Source: Thermoanaerobaculia bacterium
GTDB taxonomy: Bacteria > Acidobacteriota > Thermoanaerobaculia > Multivoradales > Multivoraceae
Length of the DNA stretch: 64,000 bases
Reading direction: 5' to 3'
Assembly: GCA_963666565.1 (NCBI GenBank)
Contig: OY762911.1
Span: forward strand, 4,160,001 to 4,224,000
Shown here: piece by piece, positions 49,974-60,430 of the stretch
Layout of the letters: every line of letters starts with the position of its first letter
Position numbering within the stretch: position 1 is the stretch's first letter
Notes under the pieces: model-generated
What the model was told of the DNA's origin: nothing
The model's input: the letters and a program-made list of their open reading frames with translations, nothing else
Database searches by the model: none
Position numbers and translations under genes: made by a program

Positions 49974-51113
49974 ATGACGGACATCACGCCCTACCGCATC
50001 GAGATCGACGAAGAGCAACTGACCGACCTCCGCCGCCGGCTGGCCGCCACCCGCTGGCCCGAGCGCGAGACGGTCGACGACTGGACCCAGGGGATCCCCC
50101 TCGCCTACACGAAGGAGGTCTGCGAGTACTGGCGGACCTCCTACGACTGGCGCCGCCTGGAGAGCCGCCTGAACGACCTCGACCAGTTCACCACCGAAGT
50201 CGACGGCGTCGGCATCCACTTCCTCCACCTGCGCTCGAAGCACCGGGGGGCCGCGCCGCTGGTCATGACCCACGGCTGGCCGGGCTCGATCGTCGAGTTC
50301 CTCGAGGTGCTCGACCCGCTGCTCGATCCGACCGCCCACGGCGGCTCGGAGGAGGATGCCTTCCACCTGGTCGTCCCGGCCCTGCCGGGCTTCGGCTTCT
50401 CCGGCAAGCCCGCCGAGGCCGGCTGGAGCGTCGAGAAGATCGCCGAGGCCTGGGCCGAGCTCATGTCGCGGCTCGGCTACGAGTGGTACTTCGCCCAGGG
50501 CGGCGACTGGGGCGCCGCGGTCAGCACCGCCATCGCCATCCAGGACCACGAGCACTGCCACGGCATCCACCTGAACATGCCGACCTCGGGCGTGGACCGC
50601 AGCACGATGGACGACCTGACGGACATCGAGAAGGACGCCCTCGCCGGTCTCCAGCACTACCAGGACTGGGACTCCGGCTACTCCAAGCAGCAGTCGACCC
50701 GGCCCCAGACCCTCGGCTACGGCCTGGTCGACTCGCCGGCCGGGCAGGCCGCCTGGATCGTCGAGAAGTTCTGGTCCTGGATGGACTGCGACGGCCACCC
50801 GGAGAACGTGCTCACCCGCGACCGGTTGCTCGACAACGTGATGATGTACTGGCTGCCCGCCTGCGGCGCCTCCTCCGGCCGGCTCTACTGGGAGAGCTTC
50901 GGCAAGGGCGGCGGCGACCCGGTCGAGATACCCGTCGGTTGCAGCATCTTCCCCAAGGAGATCTTCCGCTCCTCCCGGCGCTGGGCTGAGCGGCGCTACC
51001 GGCAGCTCGTTTACTGGAACCGGCTCGACAAGGGCGGTCACTTCGCCGCCTTCGAGGTGCCGGACGTCTTCGTCGACGAGCTGCGGAAGTGCTTCAGCGC
51101 GATGCGAGCGTAG
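49974..51113 (+). CDS. Epoxide hydrolase (EHN family)
   Basis: RLAATRWP, YDWRRLE, HGWPGS, QGGDWG, GGHFAAFE. Confidence 0.93.
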   Translation: MTDITPYRIEIDEEQLTDLRRRLAATRWPERETVDDWTQGIPLAYTKEVCEYWRTSYDWRRLESRLNDLDQFTTEVDGVGIHFLHLRSKHRGAAPLVMTHGWPGSIVEFLEVLDPLLDPTAHGGSEEDAFHLVVPALPGFGFSGKPAEAGWSVEKIAEAWAELMSRLGYEWYFAQGGDWGAAVSTAIAIQDHEHCHGIHLNMPTSGVDRSTMDDLTDIEKDALAGLQHYQDWDSGYSKQQSTRPQTLGYGLVDSPAGQAAWIVEKFWSWMDCDGHPENVLTRDRLLDNVMMYWLPACGASSGRLYWESFGKGGGDPVEIPVGCSIFPKEIFRSSRRWAERRYRQLVYWNRLDKGGHFAAFEVPDVFVDELRKCFSAMRA

Positions 51114-53533
51114 GCAGGCGTCGTCGACGGCAGCAGGGACTCGCCGCCCTGGCGCTCGCCGCGCTCGCCGCCGTCGCCTTCTACCCCGCCCTCGAGGCCG
51201 GATTCGTCTGGGACGACACGATCTTCGCGGAGGAGCCCGTGGTCCAGCGGGCCTCGGGCCTGCGCGACATCTGGTTCTCTCCCGCCGCGATCCGGGGAGA
51301 GGCGCACTACTGGCCGCTCACCTACACGACCTTCTGGCTGGAACACCGGCTCTGGGGTCTCGCTCCCTTCGGCTATCACCTCGTCAACCTGCTGCTGTAC
51401 GTCGGCAACGTCCTGCTCCTGTGGCGGCTCTGCCTGCGCCTCTCGCTGCCCGGCGCCTGGGCGGCGACCGCGATCTGGGCCGTTCATCCGCTGCACGTCG
51501 AGTCGGTGGCCTGGGTCATCGAGCGCAAGGACGTGCTGTCGGGCCTGTGCTTCCTCGGCGCGGCCCTGGCCTACGTGCGCTTCCGCGAGACGAAGAAGCC
51601 GGGTCCCTACGGCCTGAGTCTCGCGCTCTACGCGCTCGGCCTCCTGGCGAAGTCGGCGATCGTCCCGCTGCCGGCCGCGATGCTGGTCTGGCACTGGCTT
51701 GAGCGCGGCCGGCTGCGGGCGCGGGACTTTCTGCGGACCGCGCCGTTCTTCGCCGCCGGCCTCCTCATCTCGCTCGGCGACATGGCCTTCTACCGCGGGC
51801 GGGAGGCCGCCGCGGTCCTGGACCACTCGCTGCCGGAACGGGCGCTGATCGCGGCCCGCGCCCTGTGGTTCTACGCGGGCAAGCTGGTCTGGCCGGCCGA
51901 CCTGGCGGTCATCTATCCGCGCTGGGACGTCCGGGTCGGCGATCCTCTGGCCTGGGCCTGGCTCGCGGCCGCCGCGCTGCTGGCGGCCGGGCTCTGGGTC
52001 GGACGCCGCCGGTTCGGACGCGGTCCTCTGGCGGGCGTCCTGTTCTTCGCGCTCATGGTCTCGCCGGCCCTGGGCTTCCTGGACTTCGGCTACATGAAGT
52101 TCTCATTCGTCGCCGACCGGTTCCAGTACCTCGCCGGCTTCGGCCCGATCGCCGTCGTCGTCGCCGCGGCCGCCGCCGGCGCGCGGCGGCTGCCGCGGGC
52201 GTACGGGTTCGCCGCTCCCGCCGTCCTGGCGACGACGCTTGCGCTGCTCGGGACGGCCACCTGGCGGCAGGCCGGCCTCTGGCGCGACGGCGTCACCCTG
52301 TTCAGCCACGTCGTCGCCCTGAACCCCGAGGCCCGCGGCGCCCACTTCAACCTGGCCAAGGCCCTCCGCGAGGAGGGCCGCCACGAAGAGAGTCTCGCGG
52401 CGAGCCGGATCTCGGTCGAGCGCTTCCCCGACGAGGCCGAGGCGTTCACCGGCCTCGGCCTCGTCCTGCTCGAGCTGAACCGCTTCGACGAGGCCGAAGC
52501 CAGCTTCGCCAGCGCCCTGGAGCTCGATCCCCGCCACCTGAACACGCACCAGAACCTGGCCGACGCGCTGCGCCGGCAGGGACGGCACGAGGAAGCGGCC
52601 GCCCGGTTCCGGGCCGTCCTCGACCTCGACGAGGGCTTCCCGCTCGCCTGGGCCGGCCTCGGCAGTTCCCTGTTCGACGCCGGTCGGCACGAGGAGGCGA
52701 TCGACGCGCTCCGCCGCGCCCTGGACCTCGCGCCGTCGTCGCCCAACGCGGCCGGACTCCACCTCCTGCTGGGGCGGGCGCGGCTCGAGACGGGCCGGAT
52801 CGAGGCGGCCGAGCGGAGCCTGCTGGAAGCCGCGCGGCTCGCGCCCGGCGCCGCGATGCCGTTGCGGGAACTCGCGAAGGTCTACTTCCAGCTCGAACGC
52901 TCCGCCGAGGCGGAGGAGGTCCTGGCGCGCGCGGCGGAACTTGAACCTCCGGATCCGACCGAGCGCCACGCACGGGCCGAAGCGCTGCGGGCGCAGGGCC
53001 GTCTCGACGCGGCGCTCGCGGTCTACCGCGAGGCCCTGGAGACGGCGCCCGAATTCGCGCCGTCGTTGGCCGGCCTGGGCGCCGCGCTGTTCCAGCTCGA
53101 CCGGCACGAAGAGGCAGTCGAAGCGCTCGACCGCGCGCTGGCCCTCGATCCCGACCTGCCCGCGGCGGCGGCGCTGCACCGGCTTGCCGGCCTGGCGCTC
53201 ATGGAACTCGGCCGGCCGGCGGAAGCGGCGGCCCGGTTCGAGCGCTGCGTGGAACTCGATCCCCGAGACGCGGAGGCGCTCGACCGCCTCGCCTTCCTGC
53301 GCTTCCAGCAGGAGCGCTTCGAAGACGCGGTCGACCTCTACCGCCGGATGCTCGCGACCGACCCCGACGAAGCGCGAACGCACTTCAACCTCGGCATCGC
53401 CCTGCTCCTGCTCGACCGCCACGAAGAAGCGGCGGCGAGCCTGGAGCGGTCCCTCGCTCTCGCTCCAGACCAGCCGACCGCCCGCGACGCCCTCGCGGAC
53501 GCGCGCCGCCGGGCCGGCGCCGGGCAGAGGTAG
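51089..53533 (+). CDS. TMTC-like membrane glycosyltransferase-fold protein with TPR repeats
   Basis: FVWDD, YWPLT, GYHLVN, HPLHVESVAW..ERKDVL, ADRFQY, many TPRs; start uncertain. Confidence 0.87.
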   Translation: MLQRDASVGRRRRRQQGLAALALAALAAVAFYPALEAGFVWDDTIFAEEPVVQRASGLRDIWFSPAAIRGEAHYWPLTYTTFWLEHRLWGLAPFGYHLVNLLLYVGNVLLLWRLCLRLSLPGAWAATAIWAVHPLHVESVAWVIERKDVLSGLCFLGAALAYVRFRETKKPGPYGLSLALYALGLLAKSAIVPLPAAMLVWHWLERGRLRARDFLRTAPFFAAGLLISLGDMAFYRGREAAAVLDHSLPERALIAARALWFYAGKLVWPADLAVIYPRWDVRVGDPLAWAWLAAAALLAAGLWVGRRRFGRGPLAGVLFFALMVSPALGFLDFGYMKFSFVADRFQYLAGFGPIAVVVAAAAAGARRLPRAYGFAAPAVLATTLALLGTATWRQAGLWRDGVTLFSHVVALNPEARGAHFNLAKALREEGRHEESLAASRISVERFPDEAEAFTGLGLVLLELNRFDEAEASFASALELDPRHLNTHQNLADALRRQGRHEEAAARFRAVLDLDEGFPLAWAGLGSSLFDAGRHEEAIDALRRALDLAPSSPNAAGLHLLLGRARLETGRIEAAERSLLEAARLAPGAAMPLRELAKVYFQLERSAEAEEVLARAAELEPPDPTERHARAEALRAQGRLDAALAVYREALETAPEFAPSLAGLGAALFQLDRHEEAVEALDRALALDPDLPAAAALHRLAGLALMELGRPAEAAARFERCVELDPRDAEALDRLAFLRFQQERFEDAVDLYRRMLATDPDEARTHFNLGIALLLLDRHEEAAASLERSLALAPDQPTARDALADARRRAGAGQR

Positions 53534-53589
53534 ACGCGCTTGAGCCGTCGTCGACTCGCCGCCTCCGCGGTGTGCGCTACACTCCGAAT

Positions 53590-53862
53590 GTGACCACCAC
53601 GACCTTCGATTCGCTGGCGACTGCCCGTGCACTGGAACGGGTCGGCATGGATCCGGCTCACGCGGAGGCCGTGACGGAAGCGATCAGCGGAGCGAGAAAC
53701 AGCGCCGACATGGTGACGCGGGCCGATCTGGAACCGCTGGCGACCAAAGTTGCCTTGGCCGAACTGGAAACGCGAATGACCCGAACCCTCTACGGCGTCG
53801 CGGCGGCACTGCTCGCCGGCCAGTTGGCCGCGGTCCCGGCCATCCTCAGACTGCTCGGCTGA
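53590..53862 (+). CDS. DUF1640/CCDC90-like small coiled-coil membrane protein
   Basis: FDSLATARALERVGMDPAHAEAV, VTRADL, LATK, C-terminal TM. Confidence 0.8.
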   Translation: MTTTTFDSLATARALERVGMDPAHAEAVTEAISGARNSADMVTRADLEPLATKVALAELETRMTRTLYGVAAALLAGQLAAVPAILRLLG

Positions 53863-53884
53863 CGATCCGCTCCGGTCGCCAGCT

Positions 53885-55570
53885 TCAGCCTTCGTCGACG
53901 CTGGCGAGGAACCGCGGCGGCCGGCGGTGCGGCGCGGCCTGCTCGAAAGCCCAGGCGATGCGGATGAGCGTCGGTTCGCTCCAGGCGGCGCCGAAGAAGG
54001 AGACGCCCACCGGAAGGCCGTGGACGTACCCGGCCGGGACCGTGACGTTCGGGTAGCCGGCAACCGCCGCCGGGCGGGAGCTGCCGACCGAGAAGCCGTC
54101 GCCGTGGACCGGGTCGGTCACCCAGGCGGGGCCGCCGCTCGGACCGAGGATGGCGTCGAGGGCGTGCTCCGCGAGCGTCGCGTCGAGGCCCTCGTCGCGG
54201 GACAGGCGGTTCGCCGTGTCGCGCGCCGTGCGGTAGGCGGCCTCGGTCAACGGTCCCCTGGCCTCCGCCTCGATCAGGATCTCCTGGCCGAAGAACGGCA
54301 TTTCCTCGGCGGCGCGCGCCTCGTTGAAGGCGATCACGTCGGCCAGCGTCTTCACCGGAGCGTCGTCCCCCATTGCGGCCAGGTACTCGTTCAGGCCGGC
54401 CTTGAACTCGTAGAGCATCGCCTCGAACTCGTGCCGACCCACCTCCTGGAGATGGGCGATGTCCACCGGGTCGACCATCTCGGCGCCCAGGCTCCGGAGG
54501 GTCTCGATCGCCTCCTCCATCACCGCGTCGACGCGGCCGTCTCGGTCGAAGAACTGACGGTCGACGCCGATCCGCAAGCCGCTCAGGTCGGCCGCGCCGG
54601 ACTCGCCGCCCAAGTGGCGCGTCAGGTCGGTTGGAACCGGCGAGGCCGCGGTCGCTTCGTCCAGCGGGTCGGCGCCCGTCATGCCGCTGAGCAACGCGGC
54701 GGCGTCCGCGACCGTACGCGCCATCGGGCCGGCGGTGTCCTGTACCGAGGAGATCGGAACGATGCCGCTGCGGCTCACCAGGCCGACCGTCGGCTTGATC
54801 CCGACCAGGCCGTTCGCCGACGACGGGCAGATGATCGAGCCGTCCGTCTCCGTGCCGACCGCGGCGGCGCAGAGGTTCGCGGACGTGGCGACGCCCGAAC
54901 CGGAGCTTGAACCGCAGGGATTGCGGCTCAAGACGTACGGGTTGCGGCACTGGCCGCCGCGCGCGCTCCAGCCCGAACTCGAACGCCGGGACCGGAAGTT
55001 CGCCCACTCGCTCAGGTTCGCCTTGCCCAGCAGCACCGCCCCTGCCTGCCGAAGCCGGGCGGCGACGAAGGCGTCCCGCTCCGGGATCGAACCCTCGAGC
55101 GCCAGCGAGCCGGCGGTCGTCGTGTTGCGGTCGGCGGTCGCCATGTTGTCCTTGAGCAGGATCGGAACGCCGTGGAGCGGACCGCGCACGTTGCCCGCGG
55201 CCCGCTCCCGGTCGAGTTCCTCCGCGATCTCCAGGGCGTCCGGGTTCGTCTCGATGACGGAACGCAGCGTCGGCCCCTGCCGGTCGAGCGCCTCGAGGCG
55301 GCCGAGGTAGAGCTCGGTGATCCCGGCGCTCGTCCGCTCGCCCTCCGCCATCTGTCGGCCGAGTTCGGCGATCGTCGCCTCTTCGAGCTCGAAGCCGCCC
55401 ACCGCCGTCTGCTGGGTGCGCGGGTCTTCTGACCCGCTCGCTTCCGCCCCGGGCGGCTCGTCCCCGTCGCGGCCGGACGGAGCGCATGCCGAGCCCGCCA
55501 CGGCCGTCGCGCCCAACGCCCCAGCCGCGGCCATCACCTGCCTCCGCGTAGCTCCTTCCTTCTCGCTCAT
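53885..55570 (-). CDS. Amidase signature enzyme with Tat/lipoprotein signal
   Basis: TRRQVM, GPLHGVPILLKDN, GKANLSEWANFRS, PCGSSSGS, GTETDGSI. Confidence 0.93.
   Translation of the reverse strand: MSEKEGATRRQVMAAAGALGATAVAGSACAPSGRDGDEPPGAEASGSEDPRTQQTAVGGFELEEATIAELGRQMAEGERTSAGITELYLGRLEALDRQGPTLRSVIETNPDALEIAEELDRERAAGNVRGPLHGVPILLKDNMATADRNTTTAGSLALEGSIPERDAFVAARLRQAGAVLLGKANLSEWANFRSRRSSSGWSARGGQCRNPYVLSRNPCGSSSGSGVATSANLCAAAVGTETDGSIICPSSANGLVGIKPTVGLVSRSGIVPISSVQDTAGPMARTVADAAALLSGMTGADPLDEATAASPVPTDLTRHLGGESGAADLSGLRIGVDRQFFDRDGRVDAVMEEAIETLRSLGAEMVDPVDIAHLQEVGRHEFEAMLYEFKAGLNEYLAAMGDDAPVKTLADVIAFNEARAAEEMPFFGQEILIEAEARGPLTEAAYRTARDTANRLSRDEGLDATLAEHALDAILGPSGGPAWVTDPVHGDGFSVGSSRPAAVAGYPNVTVPAGYVHGLPVGVSFFGAAWSEPTLIRIAWAFEQAAPHRRPPRFLASVDEG
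55412..55437 (-). repeat. REP-like repeat copy lying in frame within the amidase CDS
   Basis: ctgggtgcgcgggtcttctgacccgc, read as SGSEDPRTQ in the linker after the signal peptide. Confidence 0.85.
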
Positions 55571-55574
55571 GCCG

Positions 55575-57323
55575 TCACGCTACACGACCGCTCAGCCCCA
55601 AGCCCCAAAGCCAGGCCACGACGGCGCCCAAGGGCACGTACCACGGCCACGCGAGCACCGCGCCGCCGGGGCCCTCCGCCCAACCCCACAAAGCCAGCAC
55701 GGCGCCGACGCCCAGGACCAGGAAGAGGCTGGCGCCGAAGCGGCCGCGGCCGTCCATGCGCAGCCAAGCCACAAGCAGCACGACGCCGCCGAGCAGGCAG
55801 ACCCAGCCGGCCGCCGGCTGGTGCCACACCGCGGCGAACACCGCGAGCGCCGAAAGCGGCCCGGACCACAGAAAGCCCCGTCCGTCCCGGCCGAACGGCG
55901 CCAGAGCCAAAGCCACGGCCGCCAGCAGCGCCCCGCCCGTGTACCCCGCCATCGCCAGCGCGAGGTCGAGCAGCGCGTCGTAGCGCGCCGCCACCGCGTC
56001 CATCGACAGCGACGTCAGGCCCAGCACGAGACCCCAGCCGAGCACCAGCAGCCGCGGCAGTCGCACGCCGGAGCGCAGCGCCCCGAAACCCCCTGCCGGC
56101 TCGGCGCTCCTGCCCATCCCGTCCGCTTGGCGGACTTCGCTCCCGGAACGTGCCCCGCCGGGTTCCGCGGCGCGAGGTCGCAGCAGGGCCGCGGTCGTCT
56201 GCGCGAGCGCCGCGAGGATCGAATCGAGGCTGGAAACGGCCGCCGCGAGCGCTCCGGCGACGACGAGCGCCTTCAGACCGACCGCCACCGCCTCGACCGC
56301 AAAGACCGCGAAGATCCGATCGGGCTGCTCCGCCACGATCTCGGCCGCAACGCCTCCGAGCGGCGCCTGCTCGTAGTAGGCCCACAGACCGATCCCGACG
56401 AGAGCGAACGAGAAGGAAACGAGCACGGAAACGCCGCTGGCCGCGACCGCCAGTTGCGCGTCCCGCGCGCTTCGGCAGCAGAACAGGCGCTGCGCCATCA
56501 ACTGGTCGGTGCCGAAGGCCGCGACGCCGCCGATCGTGGCGCCGATCAGCGCCGCCCACAGAGTGTACGGCGCGGTCAGCGACGCCGACAGGTCGAACAG
56601 CGCGAACTTCCCCTCGTTCCACGCCGCGGCGAGCGCCGGCGCCATGCCCGCCTCGAGTTCCCACGCGACGACGCCCAGACTGACCGCGACGCCCGCCACG
56701 AACAGCAGGAAGAGGACGACGTCCGTCCAGACCACCGCGGCGATGCCGCCCAGCCAGGTCCAGACGACGGCGATGACGACCACCGCCGCCACCGCCGCCA
56801 CGTGCGGCGGCACGCCCGTCGCGCGTTCCAGCCAACCCAGCTCCCGGTGCAGCAGAACGCCCAGCACGACCGCCGACAGGTAGACCCGCGCCGACTGCGC
56901 CAGGACGCCTCCGAGCCAGAACATGCCGGTCGCCGTCCGCCGCACCGATGCCCCCGCCGCGCCCAGCCGACGCTCGATCAGGTCGTACGGGCTCATCACG
57001 TCGTACCGGTAGTAGGCCGGGACGAGCAGCCACGCCACCAGGAACCGCGCCCCGAGATAGCCGAACAGCCCGATCTGCAGATACGTCAGGTTGCCGCCCG
57101 GCCGATGCACGATCGACGGCAGACTGATGTACGTGACCGCGCTGATCTCCGTCGCCACGAGCGACGCCGCGACCGCGTACCACGGCAGGTTCCGCGCACC
57201 TCCGAAGTAGTCGCTCTCCGTCTTCTGCCGCCTTGAGAGCGACCTCGCCATCACCGTGATGGCGACCAGCAACCCGAGCAGGATCAGCCAGTCGAGAACC
57301 CCGAAGTTACCGTTCAGACCCAC
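55575..57323 (-). CDS. Sodium:solute symporter (SSS) family transporter
   Basis: DYFGGARNLPW, ATEISAVTY, GGIAAVVWTD, GTDQLMAQRL, AAAVSSLDS. Confidence 0.9.
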   Translation of the reverse strand: MGLNGNFGVLDWLILLGLLVAITVMARSLSRRQKTESDYFGGARNLPWYAVAASLVATEISAVTYISLPSIVHRPGGNLTYLQIGLFGYLGARFLVAWLLVPAYYRYDVMSPYDLIERRLGAAGASVRRTATGMFWLGGVLAQSARVYLSAVVLGVLLHRELGWLERATGVPPHVAAVAAVVVIAVVWTWLGGIAAVVWTDVVLFLLFVAGVAVSLGVVAWELEAGMAPALAAAWNEGKFALFDLSASLTAPYTLWAALIGATIGGVAAFGTDQLMAQRLFCCRSARDAQLAVAASGVSVLVSFSFALVGIGLWAYYEQAPLGGVAAEIVAEQPDRIFAVFAVEAVAVGLKALVVAGALAAAVSSLDSILAALAQTTAALLRPRAAEPGGARSGSEVRQADGMGRSAEPAGGFGALRSGVRLPRLLVLGWGLVLGLTSLSMDAVAARYDALLDLALAMAGYTGGALLAAVALALAPFGRDGRGFLWSGPLSALAVFAAVWHQPAAGWVCLLGGVVLLVAWLRMDGRGRFGASLFLVLGVGAVLALWGWAEGPGGAVLAWPWYVPLGAVVAWLWGLGLSGRVA

Positions 57324-57353
57324 GCCACGTCACTCGGCTCTGCACACGGTCCA

Positions 57354-57530
57354 GCCCACGGCGAGGCCGGTGGGAGGGGTCCCCGGCGGGCTCTGAACGA
57401 GCGACTCCCGGCACCCCCACCGAAACCGACGCCGAACCGGAGCGAGTGAAGCGAAGCGAGCGCCAACCTTCCCTCCTCCAAGAAAGCGGGAGCGGCCGCC
57501 GGGACCCCTCCCACCGGCCTCGCCGTGGGC
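57354..57530 (+). repeat. ~175 bp element with perfect 30-bp terminal inverted repeats (copy C)
   Basis: gcccacggcgaggccggtgggaggggtccc and its reverse complement at 57501-57530. Confidence 0.85.
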
Positions 57531-57551
57531 GGGTTCATCCCGTGACGCCGC

Positions 57552-58613
57552 CTACTCGCCGCCGGCGTAAACGAGGCCTCGCGTACTCGTCGCCACGCGG
57601 TACAGCCCGGTGCGCGCCGTCATGTAGAGCGTGCTGCCGTCGCCGCCGAACGCCGTGTTCGCGGGCAGTTCCGCGGGCGCGATCGTGCCCAGGTGGCGGC
57701 CGTCGGGCGCGAAGACCATCACGCCGCCCGGGCCGGTCGCAAAGACGTTGCCGTCCACGTCGACGGCCAGGCCGTCCGGAGCGCCCGGCACGTCCACCAT
57801 GCCGCTGGCGTCGAAGAACATCTCGCCTTCGCCGAGGGTCAGGTCGTCGTTGACCGCGTACTTCTTCCAGTACCGGTTGGGCGCCGCGTCGGAGTTCGCC
57901 ACGTAGAGCGTCTTCTCGTCCGGGGACAGGCCGAGGCCGTTCGGTCGGGTCTGACCGGTCTCGAGCAACGTCACCGTGCCGTCCGGGTCCAGGCGGTAGA
58001 TGCCGTTGTGCGCCTGCTCCTTGTTCTCCGACGCGTCCTGGCCTTGCAGGCCGTACGGCGGATCCGTGAAGAACGCGGCGCCGCTCGAGTGGAACACGAT
58101 GTCGTTCGGGCTGTTCAGCTTCTTCCCGTCGTAGCTGCCGGCCAGGGTCGCCCGCTCGCCGTCCAGCGCCATCGCCGACACGACGCGGTTGCCGTGCTCG
58201 CACAGCACGAGGCGGCCGTCGGGGTGGAGCGCCAGCCCGTTCGACCCGCCCGTGCCGCCGGTGCCGGCGTCGTCGGGCAGGACCGGATCGAGGAACACGA
58301 CCGCGCCCTCGCCCTCGGACCAGCGGTAGACCTTGTTCTGCGGGATGTCGCTGAAGTACAGCCGGTCCGGGTCCCCCGGCACCCACACCGGACCCTCGGT
58401 GAACGTGAAGCCGTCCGCCACCTTCTCGACCACGGCGTCCGCGGGCACCAGGCCGTCCATCGCCGGATCGTTCCTCAGCACCGTGCCGTCGTTCGACATC
58501 TCTTCCATCGCCTCCTCCGCCGTCGTTTCCGCTTCCTCGCCGTCGCCGCCGTAGCCGCAACCAGCGGCTGCAACGACGGCCGCCATCGTCCATCCGGCCA
58601 ACGCCTTCTTCAT
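57552..58613 (-). CDS. SMP-30/gluconolactonase family lipoprotein
   Basis: AAGC lipobox, FTEGPVW, GSNGL, LNSPND, PNGLGLSPD, PDGLAVD. Confidence 0.93.
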   Translation of the reverse strand: MKKALAGWTMAAVVAAAGCGYGGDGEEAETTAEEAMEEMSNDGTVLRNDPAMDGLVPADAVVEKVADGFTFTEGPVWVPGDPDRLYFSDIPQNKVYRWSEGEGAVVFLDPVLPDDAGTGGTGGSNGLALHPDGRLVLCEHGNRVVSAMALDGERATLAGSYDGKKLNSPNDIVFHSSGAAFFTDPPYGLQGQDASENKEQAHNGIYRLDPDGTVTLLETGQTRPNGLGLSPDEKTLYVANSDAAPNRYWKKYAVNDDLTLGEGEMFFDASGMVDVPGAPDGLAVDVDGNVFATGPGGVMVFAPDGRHLGTIAPAELPANTAFGGDGSTLYMTARTGLYRVATSTRGLVYAGGE

Positions 58614-58703
58614 CCTCACCCCTCCTCGGGTCGAAGTCCTCCGTTCCGCGCAGAAGGACTCAGGATAGCAACCGGCATCCGGCGCCGGGCTATAGTCCCG
58701 CCG

Positions 58704-60032
58704 TTGCCCCCTTCGCCCGCCATGGCCGCCGCGCGAGCGCTTTCCGCCGCCGTGACGCCGCTCCGGGCGGGCCTGTTCGGCCTGGCCGCCGTCACCGCCT
58801 GCCAAACGACAGGACCACAGCCTCCAGGAATCGCGGTCCACATGTCCCCACCGAGACCGGCAGACCCGGCAGCAGCCGCGCCCGTGCTGCGCGACGGACC
58901 GCCTGAAGCGGCCGGCTTCGACCCGGAACGCCTGCGCCACGCAGCCGACCTGCTGGACAAGGCCGTCGCGGAGGGCGTCACGCCCGGCGGCGTCCTCCTG
59001 GTGGCCCGCCGCGGCACGGTCGTCCTCGAACACGGAGCCGGCTGGCTGACCCGCGACAGCGAGGCGCCCGCCGTCACCCCGTCCACCATCTACGACCTCG
59101 CCTCGCTGACCAAGGTCATCGCGACCACCGCCCTCGTCATGCGCCGCGTCGAGGCGGGCGACCTCCAGCTCGACGCCGCAGCCGCCTCGTATCTACCCGA
59201 ACTCGAAGAATCGCCCGTCGGCGGCGCCACGCTGCGGGACCTGCTGGCCCATTCGAGCGGCCTTCCCTGCTGCACCGAGTTCTTCCGCGAACTGGGCGAA
59301 GGCGTCGACCGGGACGAGGCCCGCGCCCACTACCTGGATCACATCGCCGCCGCGGGACTCGAAGCAGGGCCGCGCGAACGGGCGATCTACTCCGACCTGG
59401 GCGTGCTGCTTCTGGGCGAGATCCTGGAGCGCGGCGCCGGCAGGCCCCTGGACGAGCAGTTCCACGACGAGATCGCCGGTCCGCTCGGCCTCGAGTCGCT
59501 CTCCTACACGCCGGACCTGGGGCTCCTCGACCGGATCGCCCCGACCGAGGTCGACTCCTGGCGCGGCCTCCTCGTCCACGGCGAGGTCCACGACGAGAAC
59601 ACCCATGCGTTGGGCGGCATCGCCCCGCACGCGGGCCTGTTCGGCACCGCCCGCGATGTCGCGACCTTCGCCCAGGCGATGCTGAACGGCGGCGCCTACG
59701 GCCCGGCCCGGGTCGCGAGCGCCAGAACGGTCGCCCTCTTCACCCGCCGCGCAGGCCTCGTCCCCGGCAGCAGCCGCGCGCTGGGCTGGGACACGCCGTC
59801 CGAGCCAAGCTCCGCCGGCCGCTACTTCTCGACCCGCTCCTACGGCCACACCGGCTTCACCGGGACCTCGCTCTGGATCGACCCGGAACTGGACCTGATC
59901 GTCGTTCTGCTGACCAACCGGGTCCATCCGACCCGCGAGAACGTCGCGATCCGCGGGCTGCGGCCGGCGATCCACGACGCCGTCGCCCTGGCCATCGAGG
60001 ACGCGAAGATCGAGCCGCGCGAAGACGCTTGA
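58704..60032 (+). CDS. Serine hydrolase (beta-lactamase class C/AmiE-like) lipoprotein
   Basis: YDLASLTK, YSDLG, GEVHDEN, HAGLFGTA, GHTGFTG; start at TTG 58704 or ATG 58722. Confidence 0.9.
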   Translation: MPPSPAMAAARALSAAVTPLRAGLFGLAAVTACQTTGPQPPGIAVHMSPPRPADPAAAAPVLRDGPPEAAGFDPERLRHAADLLDKAVAEGVTPGGVLLVARRGTVVLEHGAGWLTRDSEAPAVTPSTIYDLASLTKVIATTALVMRRVEAGDLQLDAAAASYLPELEESPVGGATLRDLLAHSSGLPCCTEFFRELGEGVDRDEARAHYLDHIAAAGLEAGPRERAIYSDLGVLLLGEILERGAGRPLDEQFHDEIAGPLGLESLSYTPDLGLLDRIAPTEVDSWRGLLVHGEVHDENTHALGGIAPHAGLFGTARDVATFAQAMLNGGAYGPARVASARTVALFTRRAGLVPGSSRALGWDTPSEPSSAGRYFSTRSYGHTGFTGTSLWIDPELDLIVVLLTNRVHPTRENVAIRGLRPAIHDAVALAIEDAKIEPREDA

Positions 60033-60418
60033 AGGCGGCCGCCCAGCGGCAGCGTCCCGACGTTTGCCGAAGGCTCGACCACAGGCGCGCCGGACCTTGA
60101 GTCGACCACGATTCCGCTGACGAGCCGCGCCGACCCGACACGGCACCGCCCAAAGCTCCGCTCGGCGGTCGACGACACGGTGCTCCCGGCACTCGAAGAC
60201 GCCACCGTCGAACCCGGCTACGCCGGCTGAAACGGCGGGCGCAGGCACCGATCGTCGCCGCAAGCCCGCCACCATCTCGCCACACGTGAGCGGGCACGCT
60301 CCACGATCATGCGATCTCCACGCCCCGCTCGCGGTCTCATCGACGAGTGTCGGCTGGCATCTTCACCGTTTACACACTGATTACCTCATTCGTACACGTA
60401 TTCGCCACTCTCGGTTTG

Positions 60419-60424
60419 TATCAT
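60419..60424 (+). promoter_or_regulatory. Putative -10 element (TATCAT), 6 nt before an in-frame GTG
   Basis: Same TAnnnT-N6/7-start geometry as about 10 other genes in the window. Confidence 0.5.
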
Positions 60425-60430
60425 CCCCGG

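Noticed and set aside
58704-60032. Antibiotic-resistance beta-lactamase
   Set aside because: The motifs fit the broad serine hydrolase/AmiE-like family; nothing indicates resistance
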